NCBI RefSeq assembly: GCF_000012925.1
Contig: NC_007517.1
Span: 2,280,001-2,312,000, forward strand
Reading direction: 5' to 3'
Origin: Geobacter metallireducens GS-15
GTDB taxonomy: Bacteria > Desulfobacterota > Desulfuromonadia > Geobacterales > Geobacteraceae
Length of the DNA: 32,000 bases
Shown: piece by piece, positions 23,517 to 32,000 of the stretch
Numbering within the stretch: position 1 is the stretch's first letter
Layout of the letters: every line of letters begins with the position of its first letter
Translations under genes and position numbers: made by a program
Notes under the pieces: generated by a model
The model's database searches: none
What the model was told of the DNA's origin: nothing
Seen by the model: only the letters and a program-made list of their open reading frames with translations

Positions 23517-24446
23517 TTAATGATAAAATCCCATGACAGTACTCAAGATACTATCAAACTTCCCCGGATATTCAACCCAGATAATTTCCGAATCCCGGCG
23601 AAACCACGTCATCTGGCGTTTTGCATACTGCCGCGTGTTCTGTTTGATGAGCCGCATGGCCTCATCGAGGGAGAATTCACCGGCAAGATGAGCGCAGATT
23701 TCCCGGTAGCCGATGGAGCCCATGGCCTTGAGGGTTGCGGGATACCCTGCTGACAGGAGTCCCCTCACCTCCTCAACAAGCCCCTCGGCGATCATCCGGT
23801 CCACCCGTTCCTCCACCCGCCGGTAGAGAAGCTCCCGCTCGACGGTAATGCCGAGCTTGAGGCAGCGGTAGGGCTCGTCGGCAAAGCGGTGCGCTTCCTG
23901 AAAGGCCGACAGGGGACGCCCCGTCAGGAGAAAGACCTCCAGTGCCCGCACGATCCGGACGCCGTCATTGGGGTGAAGCCGGGCTGCAGCAACGGGATCG
24001 ACCGCGGCGAGGCGCCGGTGCAGGGACTCCAAGCCTTCGCCGTGGGCCTGATCTTCCAGTTCGCGGCGGATATTGTCGTCCCCGCCGGGAGAAGCCACGA
24101 GCCCCTGGGTCAGGATCCTGATGTAGAGACCGGTGCCCCCTACCAGAATGACCCGCTTTCCCCGACGCTCAATATCTGCAATCGCCCGGGATGCGTGCTC
24201 GCGGAAGTCGGCGGCGGTAAAATTCACCTTGGGATCGACAATGTCGTAGAGGTGGTGGGGAACCCGCCGGCGCTCCTCTTGGGAAGGCTTTGCGGTGCCT
24301 ATGTCCATGCCCCGATAGACCTGCATGGAATCGGCGTTGACGATCTCGCCGCCGATCCGCTCGGCAAGCTCCAGGGCCAGCGCCGACTTTCCCGATGCCG
24401 TGGGTCCCTGGACGATGACGAGCCTGGTCTTTTCTTCTTCCTTCAC
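23517..24446 (-). CDS. miaA: tRNA dimethylallyltransferase MiaA
   Basis: The P-loop is VQGPTASGKSALALELA and the block ADSMQVYRGMDIGTAKPS is present. The start is GTG at 24446. It lies between mutL and hfq. Confidence 0.95.
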   Translation of the reverse strand: MKEEEKTRLVIVQGPTASGKSALALELAERIGGEIVNADSMQVYRGMDIGTAKPSQEERRRVPHHLYDIVDPKVNFTAADFREHASRAIADIERRGKRVILVGGTGLYIRILTQGLVASPGGDDNIRRELEDQAHGEGLESLHRRLAAVDPVAAARLHPNDGVRIVRALEVFLLTGRPLSAFQEAHRFADEPYRCLKLGITVERELLYRRVEERVDRMIAEGLVEEVRGLLSAGYPATLKAMGSIGYREICAHLAGEFSLDEAMRLIKQNTRQYAKRQMTWFRRDSEIIWVEYPGKFDSILSTVMGFYH

Positions 24447-24457
24447 GCCATGACTCC

Positions 24458-26242
24458 TTACCGTTTGAACATCCGCTCCACCTCGGCAAGGGTGAGCCGC
24501 TGCAGGACGGGGCGGCCGTGGGGGCAGTTGGTGGAGTAGTCGGTGGCGTCCATCTGGGCAAACAGGGCCTCGATCTGGGCGGTGGTGAGGGGGTGTTCTC
24601 CCCGCACCACGCTGTGGCAGGCGATGCGGGTAAGGATCTCCTCTACGGCGTCGGCAACGGAACGGTTCGCACCGACCGCCTGAAACTCCTCCAGGGTATC
24701 CCTCAGGATGCGGAGGTAGTCCTTCCCGGCCAGAAGCCGCGGCACACCTTTCACCACCCAGGTGGTGCCGCCGAACTCATCCAGATCAAACCCGATGCGG
24801 CGCAGCTCCTCGCCATGTTCGCGCAGTTCCGCCACCTCACGATGGGAGAGCTCAAGGGTGTCGGGGAAAAGGAGCCCCTGCCCTTCCACCCCGCCGGCCG
24901 CGAACTGGGCCTTGAGGCGCTCGAAGGCCACCCGTTCGTGGGCCGCGTGCTGGTCGATGATAACCAGGTCGCTTCCGTCCTGGCAGAGAATGTAGGAGGC
25001 ATGAAACTGCCCGATGATCGCAAGCCGTGAGAAGTAGCCGCGATCCATGGGCCGGTCCGGTTCCTCCGCGGACTGGTCTGGTGCCGGAACAACCGCAGGC
25101 AGAGGCTGAAAGAAGGGACGGCTTGGGGCTGGCGAGGGACGGTAGTTGACGAGAAGCTCCCGCACCTCGGCGACCCGTTCCGAACTCGTGGCTGGCTCGC
25201 GGCGTTCAGGGGGGGGTGAGGAAACTGTCGACTGCGATTCCTTGCGCAGCCAGGGGGTCGGGCGAAGCGCCTCCTCGATCACCCCCTGGATCACGTCGTG
25301 AACGACCCCCTGTTGCCGGAACCGGACCTCATGCTTGGTGGGATGGACGTTCACGTCCACATCCCCTGCCGGTACCTGGATAAAGAGGACCACCACAGGG
25401 TAGCGCCCCCGCTCCAGGAAGTTGCGGTAGGCTTGGAGTACGGCGTGTTGCACCACCCGATCACGGATGAAGCGGCCATTGATGAAGGTGTAGAGGTGCC
25501 CTGCGGCGGAGCGGCTCACGTCGGGCCGGGCCACGAGCCCCCGCACCGTCACCCCTTCCACGGTGGAGTCCAGGGGGTACAGGGCTCCGGCAATGGTGCG
25601 CCCCAGCAGCGCCGCCACCCGCTCCTCCATGGTGCCGTTCAGGGCCCGGAAGACAGTCTTGCCGTCGTTCACATAGGTGAAGCGCACCTCGGGGCGGGAG
25701 ATGGCGAGGCGGGTGAGAAGATCCCCCACATGGCCGGCCTCGGTCTCGGCGCTCTTCATGAACTTGAGCCGTGCCGGGGTATTGAAGAAGAGGTTCCGCA
25801 CGGTGATGACCGTCCCCTCGGCCATGCCGCACGCCTTCACCTCTTTGATCCGTCCCCCCTCGGCATAGATTTCCGTCCCCTCGATGGCTCCCCGCTGGCG
25901 GGTGGCAAGGGAGAACCGGGAGACGGAGGCAATGGACGGGAGCGCCTCTCCCCGGAAACCGAGGGTGCAGAGGGAGAAGAGGTCGTCATCGGAGGCGATC
26001 TTGCTGGTGGCGTGGCGTTCAAGGGAAAGGAGGGCATCCTCCCGGGACATGCCGCTCCCGTCGTCGGTGACCCGGATGAGGCGCCGCCCCCCTGCCTCGA
26101 TCTCGACAATGATGTCGCGACACCCGGCGTCCAGGGAATTTTCCACCAGTTCCTTAACCACCGAAGCAGGGCGTTCCACCACCTCGCCGGCGGCGATCTT
26201 GTTGGTCAGGTTTTCAGGCAGGATTCGGATCTGGGTCGACAC
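24458..26242 (-). CDS. mutL: DNA mismatch repair protein MutL
   Basis: IRILPENLTNKIAAGEVVERPASVVKELVENSLDAG is the GHKL ATPase N-terminus. The C-terminal block is CPHGRPV. The start is set at the GTG at 26242 (VSTQIRIL), with GGAGAGG 6 nt upstream; the 66 extra N-terminal codons of the track ORF are rejected. Confidence 0.93.
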   Translation of the reverse strand: MSTQIRILPENLTNKIAAGEVVERPASVVKELVENSLDAGCRDIIVEIEAGGRRLIRVTDDGSGMSREDALLSLERHATSKIASDDDLFSLCTLGFRGEALPSIASVSRFSLATRQRGAIEGTEIYAEGGRIKEVKACGMAEGTVITVRNLFFNTPARLKFMKSAETEAGHVGDLLTRLAISRPEVRFTYVNDGKTVFRALNGTMEERVAALLGRTIAGALYPLDSTVEGVTVRGLVARPDVSRSAAGHLYTFINGRFIRDRVVQHAVLQAYRNFLERGRYPVVVLFIQVPAGDVDVNVHPTKHEVRFRQQGVVHDVIQGVIEEALRPTPWLRKESQSTVSSPPPERREPATSSERVAEVRELLVNYRPSPAPSRPFFQPLPAVVPAPDQSAEEPDRPMDRGYFSRLAIIGQFHASYILCQDGSDLVIIDQHAAHERVAFERLKAQFAAGGVEGQGLLFPDTLELSHREVAELREHGEELRRIGFDLDEFGGTTWVVKGVPRLLAGKDYLRILRDTLEEFQAVGANRSVADAVEEILTRIACHSVVRGEHPLTTAQIEALFAQMDATDYSTNCPHGRPVLQRLTLAEVERMFKR

Positions 26243-26358
26243 GGTGCACCTCTCCCCCTTGAGCGATTGTTCAATTCCGCTGCGCGGGAGACGCAGCATA
26301 CCATAAAAATGAAAAACCCGGAGCATTTCTCTCCGAGCCACACGTGCCTGTTCTTCTG

Positions 26359-26410
26359 AAAAAAAAATGCACCGTACGCCGAGGAAAAGTTGCTTCCGGG
26401 CGTACGGTGC
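26359..26410 (-). terminator. intrinsic terminator of the CoA-transferase gene
   Basis: A perfect 12-bp stem, GCACCGTACGCC (26369-26380) / GGCGTACGGTGC (26399-26410). On the minus strand it is followed by A-T9 (plus-strand A-run 26359-26367). Confidence 0.8.
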
Positions 26411-26453
26411 CGGTCCCAGTCCGGGAGGGTACCAGGCCAAATCGTGTTTATGT

Positions 26454-27779
26454 TCAGATTCTGTTCATTCTCCTGGCTGCTTCCATGAGCTCGCCCCGGA
26501 AATCGGGATGGGCAACATTGATCAGGTTCATGGCCCGCTGCTTGGCGGTCTGGCCCCGGAGTTTGGCAACTCCGAACTCGGTCACCACGTGATCCACGTC
26601 GTTCTTGCTGGTGGTGACCGAAGAACCGGCCATCAGGCTCGGCACGATGCACGAAACCGTTCCGTTCTTGGCGGTGGACGCCGTACAGATGAAGGCCTTG
26701 CCCCCACGGGACCGGTTGGCGCCGCGGGCAAAGTCGGCCTGTCCGCCGGTGCCGCTCCACTGCAGGTGGCCGAAGGATTCGGAGCAGCACTGCCCCAACA
26801 GATCCACCTGGATGGTGGCGTTGATGGCGATCATGTTGTCCATCTGGCCGATGACGTACGGATCGTTAACGTAGTCCACCGGATGCATCTCGATCGTCGG
26901 GTTTTCATTCATAAAATCGAAAACTTTCCGTGTCCCCAGAGCAAAGGTGCCCACGGTCTTGCCGCGGTGGATGCTTTTGCGGGAGTTGTTTACCGCTCCG
27001 GCAAGCATCAGGTCAACGATGCCGTTGGAAATCAGTTCGGTGTGTATTCCCAGGTCCTTCTTCTTGAGCAATGCCTGGCAGACCGCGTTGGGAATGCCGC
27101 CCCACCCCATCTGGACGGTTGATCCGTCATCGATCATTTCCGCAATATAGCCGCCGATGGCCTCTTCTATCGGGGATATGGGGGGAATATCCAGTTCCTT
27201 GAGGGGCTCGTCGCACTCGATGATATGGGTAACTTCGGAGATGTGGATATGACAGTTGCCGTGGGTGCGGGGGCACTGGGGATTCACCTGCACCACCACC
27301 TTGCCGCCGGTCTGAATCGCTTTCCTCACCGCTTCCATGGTGTAGCCCACGGAGAGGCTACAGGTGAAGTAGCCATACTCATCCATGGGGGAAACCACGG
27401 TTCCGGCCACTTCGACGGGCCAATACATGCTCAGAAGCTTGGGGACCTCGCTGAAGTGATTGGGAACGAAGTCGGCCCACCCTTTCTGGACCGCCTCGCG
27501 GGAGACGTGGCTGGTGAACCATGCGTTCACCTTGATGTGCGGGGCCGAATCCTCGGTGAAATAGTCGGGACAGAGGTGATGCTGCTGGTTGACAACCACA
27601 CCTTCCAGTTCGCGCTTGCGCGCCGCCAGTGCCCTGACGAAGAGGGTCGGCTCACCCACGCCGAGGGGGAAACAGAGGTGATCGCCGGACCTCACGATTG
27701 ATGCCGCTTCTGCCGCTGTGCAGAGTTTCTGCTGGTATTCCTGCTGGAAATTCTTTTTGCTCAGTGTGACGACGTTCAT
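26454..27779 (-). CDS. acetyl-CoA hydrolase/transferase family protein (4-hydroxybutyrate / butyryl-CoA:acetate CoA-transferase type)
   Basis: The size is about 440 aa, and it carries the SGTGGQADFARGA block and the family-typical N-terminus (AAEAASIVRSGDHLCFPLGVGEP). The ATG at 27779 is preferred because GGAGG lies 8 nt upstream. Confidence 0.88.
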   Translation of the reverse strand: MNVVTLSKKNFQQEYQQKLCTAAEAASIVRSGDHLCFPLGVGEPTLFVRALAARKRELEGVVVNQQHHLCPDYFTEDSAPHIKVNAWFTSHVSREAVQKGWADFVPNHFSEVPKLLSMYWPVEVAGTVVSPMDEYGYFTCSLSVGYTMEAVRKAIQTGGKVVVQVNPQCPRTHGNCHIHISEVTHIIECDEPLKELDIPPISPIEEAIGGYIAEMIDDGSTVQMGWGGIPNAVCQALLKKKDLGIHTELISNGIVDLMLAGAVNNSRKSIHRGKTVGTFALGTRKVFDFMNENPTIEMHPVDYVNDPYVIGQMDNMIAINATIQVDLLGQCCSESFGHLQWSGTGGQADFARGANRSRGGKAFICTASTAKNGTVSCIVPSLMAGSSVTTSKNDVDHVVTEFGVAKLRGQTAKQRAMNLINVAHPDFRGELMEAARRMNRI

Positions 27780-27976
27780 GGCCGATACCTCCATAGTGAA
27801 TTTAGTCTGTGGTTTGAAGAGCTATTCCGGCAACCTGCCCATGATTTACGGGAGATTTCATTTCAGCACCGATTTCAGCGTTCGCTTCTCTTCACCCGGT
27901 CAATGCATTAATCGTATATACATTCTCCTTTCGCGGGTGAAGTCAATGTGACATCAAACACCGTTACACACTATGT

Positions 27977-27992
27977 TGCAACCACTACGCCA
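27977..27992 (-). promoter_or_regulatory. sigma-54 (-24/-12) promoter upstream of the CoA-transferase gene
   Basis: The minus strand reads TGGCGT-AGTGG-TTGCA, with exact consensus spacing. It is about 185-200 nt upstream of the start codon and downstream of a sigma-54 activator gene. Confidence 0.6.
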
Positions 27993-28097
27993 AAACGTTG
28001 TTATTTTTTTACAACAACATCTTTTTGCCAATACCCCGTAAATCCACAAGATTTACGAACCCTGCACAATTACTAAAATAATATTAATACAGCCAAA

Positions 28098-28117
28098 GTA
28101 AACCAACGTTGTCACCA
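28098..28117. promoter_or_regulatory. candidate enhancer (UAS) site A for the sigma-54 activator
   Basis: GTAAACCAACGTTGTCACCA contains the palindrome CAACGTTG. It is 17/20 identical to site B, 103 bp away, and lies about 140 nt upstream of the predicted start site. Confidence 0.35.
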
Positions 28118-28200
28118 CATAAATGGTAATTTATTTCAAATATCAGCTACAACCCAGTAAAACCAGTTAACTCATTTTGTTTACAGAGCAGAACCCAACT

Positions 28201-28220
28201 GTAAACAACCGTTGTCATCA
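28201..28220. promoter_or_regulatory. candidate enhancer (UAS) site B for the sigma-54 activator
   Basis: GTAAACAACCGTTGTCATCA contains the palindrome ACAAC-C-GTTGT and is a direct repeat of site A. Confidence 0.35.
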
Positions 28221-28427
28221 ATGGATTCATAGAGAAGCTCATCGTGAAGATGCGAAATCCTGATTATTTTCGCGTTCAACACTGAGCGGAAAAAACTCTT
28301 TGTTGTAAAACATTGTTCTTGGTATTTAAAATGTGCAGTACGGGGGAAGAGGTGAATAAATAAAACAGGCGGGAGATCAGGCGAGCCGGCGATTGGCCGC
28401 ATGATTGTGATTCGTAAGCGGAGGCAT

Positions 28428-30230
28428 TCAGCACTGGATGGGGTCATCCTCATCGGCATGCTTATGTAGTTTTTTATAGAGTCCCTGCCGGGAGATCCCC
28501 AACAGGTGGGCAGCATGGACCTTATTGCCGTGGCTAACCTCGATTGCCTCATGGATGAGCAGCTTTTCGAAATCATCCATAATCCGGCCGATATCCTTTT
28601 TACCGAGGCTGGCACGAATAAATTCCTCTGCTCCCGGTTCAGTAGCTTGCCCCCCCCCCTCTCCTTCACTGGGGAACAGGAGACAAAGCTGATCGGGTAA
28701 ATGCTCTCTCTTGATCAGCGGCCCGACAACCACGTTGAAGGCGCTTTCGATCACATTGCGGAGCTCGCGGATATTCCCGGGCCAATCGTAGCGGTTAATG
28801 ATATTCAATACCTCTTCATCGAGCCCCTGCACGTCAAGTCCGAATTCGGAGTTGAACTTGCTGACGAAGCTGCTGATGAGCAGCGGAATATCCTCCATCC
28901 GCTCCCGAAGCGGAGGGATGGCGAAGGTCACCACATTGAGCCGGTAGTAGAGATCTTCCCGGAACTTTCCTTCCTTGACCTGCTGCTCCAGATTGCTGTT
29001 GGTCGCCGCCACCACCCGGACATCAACGCTCCGAGGGATGGTGCTCCCCAGCGGCGTCAGTTCCCTTTCCTGCAACAGCCGCAGCATCTTGGCCTGCATG
29101 TAGAGCGGCATGTCACCGATCTCGTCCAGAAAGATGGTGCCGGTATGGGCCTGCTCGAACCTTCCAAGCTGCCCCCCCTTCTTGGCGCCGGTAAAAGCCC
29201 CCTCCACATAACCGAAGAGCTCCGACTCCAGAAGATGCTCGGGAATGGCCGCGCAGTTCATGCTGACGAATGGCGCATACCGCCGGTTGCTGGCGGAGTG
29301 AATGGCATGGGCGAACAGCTCCTTGCCGGTGCCGCTCTCCCCGCGCAGGAGAATGTTGGACATCTTGAGGGCGACCCGCAGCAGGGTTTCCTTCAGCTCC
29401 ACAATCTTTTTGCTCTGGCCGACGATACTGTTGATGTCGTACTTGAAGTGGATTTCGCAACCCGCACTGTGTCGGTGCTGTTTCCGCGGTTCCGCGGCCT
29501 GGAGCCGGTTGGCGATGAGAGTGATCTCCCGTATGTCGCTGAAGAGGATCTTCCCCACGCAGCCGATGATCCTCCCATCCTTGATAAGGGGAAAGATGCT
29601 GGCGTAGACCTGTTTGCCGTTCAGGTAATGGGCAACGCCGATCTCGGGCTTGCCGGTTTCCATAACCGTCGGCATGCGTGAAGGCTGGGAAGTAGTGGTG
29701 TAGGCCTGGCGGATGTGCTTACCGATCATGGCCTGGGGTGTTGTCTCGAATAGCCTGGCGAAGGACTGGTTAACCAGGACCACGATCCCTTTGCGGTCGA
29801 CAACGATGATGCCGTCATGGTCAAAATTAAGGAAGGAATTGGCGGAGCGAAGAATTTCTCCCAACTCGTCAGAGGAGTCGGGAAAGCCGTCGGGGAGCAT
29901 CCTGATGAGCGAAAGCGTGCCTCCCACGATCCGGTCGTTGTCAATGATCGGTACGTAGTCGCAGACTATGGAGCCGGTCTTCGACTTTATGACCTGGCTG
30001 CTAAAACTGTTGCCACTTCGCATGAGGTTGCCGAGATTCGCCAGATCGACCACAGCGTCGATTCTCTTCCCCAGCAGGGCTTCCGGAGTCTCCCCCAGCA
30101 GTTTTCCAGTGGTCTCGTCAAGAGAAACAATCGCGAAATCAGTGTCTATGCAGAGAATTCCCGCACTGCTCGGCTCTGCTGACGGGTTCTCATTCAACCC
30201 GACCATTGCATTATCATCGGCACATTTCAT
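28428..30230 (-). CDS. sigma-54-dependent transcriptional activator (PAS sensor domains + AAA+ + Fis-type HTH)
   Basis: Walker A is GESGTGKE. The sigma-54 contact loop GAFTGA is present (VEGAFTGAKKGG). The C-terminal HTH is AAHLLGISRQGLYKKL. There is no receiver domain, and the N-terminal region of about 270 aa is PAS-like. Confidence 0.92.
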   Translation of the reverse strand: MKCADDNAMVGLNENPSAEPSSAGILCIDTDFAIVSLDETTGKLLGETPEALLGKRIDAVVDLANLGNLMRSGNSFSSQVIKSKTGSIVCDYVPIIDNDRIVGGTLSLIRMLPDGFPDSSDELGEILRSANSFLNFDHDGIIVVDRKGIVVLVNQSFARLFETTPQAMIGKHIRQAYTTTSQPSRMPTVMETGKPEIGVAHYLNGKQVYASIFPLIKDGRIIGCVGKILFSDIREITLIANRLQAAEPRKQHRHSAGCEIHFKYDINSIVGQSKKIVELKETLLRVALKMSNILLRGESGTGKELFAHAIHSASNRRYAPFVSMNCAAIPEHLLESELFGYVEGAFTGAKKGGQLGRFEQAHTGTIFLDEIGDMPLYMQAKMLRLLQERELTPLGSTIPRSVDVRVVAATNSNLEQQVKEGKFREDLYYRLNVVTFAIPPLRERMEDIPLLISSFVSKFNSEFGLDVQGLDEEVLNIINRYDWPGNIRELRNVIESAFNVVVGPLIKREHLPDQLCLLFPSEGEGGGQATEPGAEEFIRASLGKKDIGRIMDDFEKLLIHEAIEVSHGNKVHAAHLLGISRQGLYKKLHKHADEDDPIQC

Positions 30231-30405
30231 AAAGCCTTCTCTCTCTACGTATCCTCACTACAAAAATGCATGTTTAAAAACCACTAACAATTCGTCACGC
30301 CAGTGGTCACCCGGTCTTAGCTTCATACATTTTAATTGAGTTTATACAAGAGGTTAGACTTCTGTCAATTGATAAAACATTATTTTATATAAATGCATAC
30401 CAAGG

Positions 30406-31263
30406 CTATGCACCATACAAGACACACCCCAGAAACCTGGTGGGGTTACCGTTGAACACCTGCGCTTCGATTTCTTCAGGCAATCTCAGCTCCCTGACCA
30501 TGCTGATGTAGTCAAGGGCAGAGCCGGCCTGATAGAGAAAGGTATCGGTTCCGAAGCAGATCCGGTCGGGATAGTGCATGATGAAGTCGCGGTAACTGGC
30601 GGGATTACTCCGCATGTACGGCAGAAGGCCGGCAATGTCGGTAAAGATGTTGGGGTAGCGGTCGAGAAACGCACTGAACGCCTTGCGGCCGATCCCCAGG
30701 TGGGGGAAATTGACCCGTACCCGCGGAAAATCGTCCAGAAGGTCTTTCATCACGTCGCCGTATCGGCGGGCGTCCATGTGGTAGAGCAGAGGAAGATCAT
30801 GGTTCTCGGCGTAGGCAAACAGGTCCCATTCCCTGCGGCGGTACTGTTCGAGACTGATGCCGAGGGTATCCGGCACGTTGCCGACACCAAGGTCGTTCTC
30901 GTTATCTGGTAGATAGATCCCCTTGACCCCCTTGAACCCCTGCCCCATATACCCGTCAAGGGCTGTCGCCACGTCGCCCCGCAGGTAGCGCGTATCGACG
31001 AAGGGCAATAGGGCGTGATCCACGGATTCCGCGAGCGCCAGCAAATCATCCGCTTCGTTGAAATGGGGATCCCCATGATTTTCGACGTAATCGGGAATTA
31101 GGTTCCAGGTGGTTTCAGGATCCGGGTGGGTATTCACCAGACCAGCAACGACCATCCGCCTGAGCCCTTCACGGCGCAGCAGGGCGATATCGCGGGCAAG
31201 AGCCGTCTCCTGCTGGCGGCCCACAAAACAATGCATGTGAACATCGATAATCTCAGAGGTCAT
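30406..31263 (-). CDS. amidohydrolase-2 family metal-dependent hydrolase (TIM barrel)
   Basis: MTSEIIDVHMHCF carries the metal-binding HxH at the N-terminus. SD GGGAG lies 7 nt upstream of the ATG at 31263. The 157-codon upstream extension in the track overlaps the crotonase gene in another frame and is rejected. Confidence 0.8.
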   Translation of the reverse strand: MTSEIIDVHMHCFVGRQQETALARDIALLRREGLRRMVVAGLVNTHPDPETTWNLIPDYVENHGDPHFNEADDLLALAESVDHALLPFVDTRYLRGDVATALDGYMGQGFKGVKGIYLPDNENDLGVGNVPDTLGISLEQYRRREWDLFAYAENHDLPLLYHMDARRYGDVMKDLLDDFPRVRVNFPHLGIGRKAFSAFLDRYPNIFTDIAGLLPYMRSNPASYRDFIMHYPDRICFGTDTFLYQAGSALDYISMVRELRLPEEIEAQVFNGNPTRFLGCVLYGA

Positions 31264-31304
31264 AATCGCGCTCCCGGCCGCTGAATATTCAACACTGGCG
31301 GCCA

Positions 31305-32000
31305 CTACCGTCCGCTGTAGCGGGGCGCCCGTTTTTCCAGAAAGGCCGTGACCGCCTCCAGATGATCGTCTGAATGGTGGGCCATGGCCTGGAAACAGGC
31401 GGTCGCATCGAGGAAATCCGGCAGGTCGTTGCGTTGGGCCAGTTTCAGCAGACGTTTCATCAGCCGCAATGCCTGGGGAGGTTTGGCGGCAATCTGACCG
31501 GCCAGCTCCCGTGCCCGCGGGAGCAACTCCTCCGGTTCCACGACCTCCAGGAACAGGCCCAGTTGCAGCGCCTCCGCAGCCTTCATGATCCTTCCGGTGA
31601 ACAACATCTCCGCGGCCCGCTGGTACCCTACAAGTCGGGGAAGGAACCAGGCCCCCCCATCCCCCGGGATGATGCCGAGATTGATGAAGGTTCCACCAAT
31701 CAAAGCCTTGTCCGAGGCGATGCGGATATCGCACATGCAGGCCAGGTCGAGACCGGCCCCCATGGCCGGCCCATTGACGGCGGCAATGACCGGGATCTCT
31801 GCCTTGTGGAGGGCCAGCGGCACCTGCTGAATGCCGCGCCGGTACTGGTTCTGGACATCAATGGGACCGCCGGCAAAGATGCCGCTCTTTTCCTGCATCT
31901 CCTTGACATTGCCGCCGGAAGAAAATGCTGCCCCTGCGCCCGTGATGACCAGCACCGAAACTTCCGTCGAGGTGTTGGCCCACTGCACCGTCCGCACGAG
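31305..32000 (-). CDS. enoyl-CoA hydratase/isomerase (crotonase) family protein; 5' end outside the window
   Basis: VLVITGAGAAFSSGGN and AAVNGPAMGAGLDLACMCDIRIAS are crotonase oxyanion-hole blocks. The frame stays open to base 32000. Confidence 0.88.
   Translation of the reverse strand, partial: LVRTVQWANTSTEVSVLVITGAGAAFSSGGNVKEMQEKSGIFAGGPIDVQNQYRRGIQQVPLALHKAEIPVIAAVNGPAMGAGLDLACMCDIRIASDKALIGGTFINLGIIPGDGGAWFLPRLVGYQRAAEMLFTGRIMKAAEALQLGLFLEVVEPEELLPRARELAGQIAAKPPQALRLMKRLLKLAQRNDLPDFLDATACFQAMAHHSDDHLEAVTAFLEKRAPRYSGR

Noticed and set aside
25298-26359. 353-aa ORF antisense to mutL, and the 66-codon N-terminal extension of mutL (26243-26440)
   Set aside because: The mutL frame has the GHKL and C-terminal motifs. 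MutL homologs start right at the IRxLP...AAGEV block, where a GTG with a good SD exists. The extension would also run through the upstream terminator hairpin.
26206-27701. ORFs 26206-26790 (-), 26367-27122 (+) and 27225-27701 (+)
   Set aside because: They overlap the CoA-transferase or mutL coding frames or cross the terminator. Their products are Arg/Gly/Pro-rich with no motifs.
28181-28669. 162-aa minus-strand ORF overlapping the 3' end of the activator gene and the regulatory spacer
   Set aside because: It is in a different frame from the well-supported activator CDS and covers the AT-rich region carrying the repeated palindromes. It has no SD or motifs.
28701-29681. 326-aa ORF antisense to the sigma-54 activator
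   Set aside because: It lies opposite the AAA+ domain with Walker A and GAFTGA motifs, and is a typical high-GC antisense open frame.
30270-30300. sigma-54-like TGGCGTGACGAATTGTT on the minus strand upstream of the activator gene
   Set aside because: The -12 element reads TTGT rather than TTGC, and the spacing is off by one. This is too weak to call.
31264-31734. Upstream 157-codon extension of the amidohydrolase ORF
   Set aside because: It overlaps the crotonase CDS in another frame and is Gly/Arg/Pro-rich. The ATG at 31263 has an SD and gives the expected HxH-containing N-terminus.

Overview
The window looks like a Geobacteraceae-type (Desulfuromonadota) chromosome segment with two distinct parts; the taxon is inferred from gene content, not from a search. 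Bases 1 to about 16.9 kb are a lower-GC accessory surface island of the PEP-CTERM/exosortase type. It holds a CPBP/CAAX-like protease and a candidate GEMM-I cyclic-dinucleotide riboswitch with a terminator, placed in front of one of two convergent LuxI-like N-acyl amino acid synthase paralogs. It also holds an intact IS630-family element, a GT1 glycosyltransferase coupled to an E2-like acyltransferase with a degenerate active-site motif, and a PEP-CTERM protein behind a near-consensus sigma-54 promoter. Divergent from that is a 2604-aa secreted repeat protein followed by a secreted orphan. The giant protein reuses the N-terminal module of the PEP-CTERM protein, then has 8 SdrD-B-like repeats (4 nearly identical 345-bp units) and 4 DUF11 domains as a 2 x 630-bp duplication. 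It then has nine 61-63-aa Asp/Cys/His-rich repeats with an EF-hand/TSP3-like DxNxDGxxDxxD loop, apparently inserted inside a fifth DUF11 domain; I consider this the most novel element. From about 16.9 to 32 kb the content is mostly high-GC core: a split ThiF plus tandem-nitroreductase pair, a DUF4124 protein, a dodecaheme c7-polymer cytochrome, and a DUF512 radical-SAM/PDZ protein. These are followed by an AI-2E transporter, hfq-miaA-mutL, and a sigma-54 circuit (PAS-AAA+ activator, repeated palindromic sites, -24/-12 promoter, 4-hydroxybutyrate-type CoA-transferase) with an amidohydrolase and an enoyl-CoA hydratase. All family assignments come from motif recognition by eye; no searches were run.
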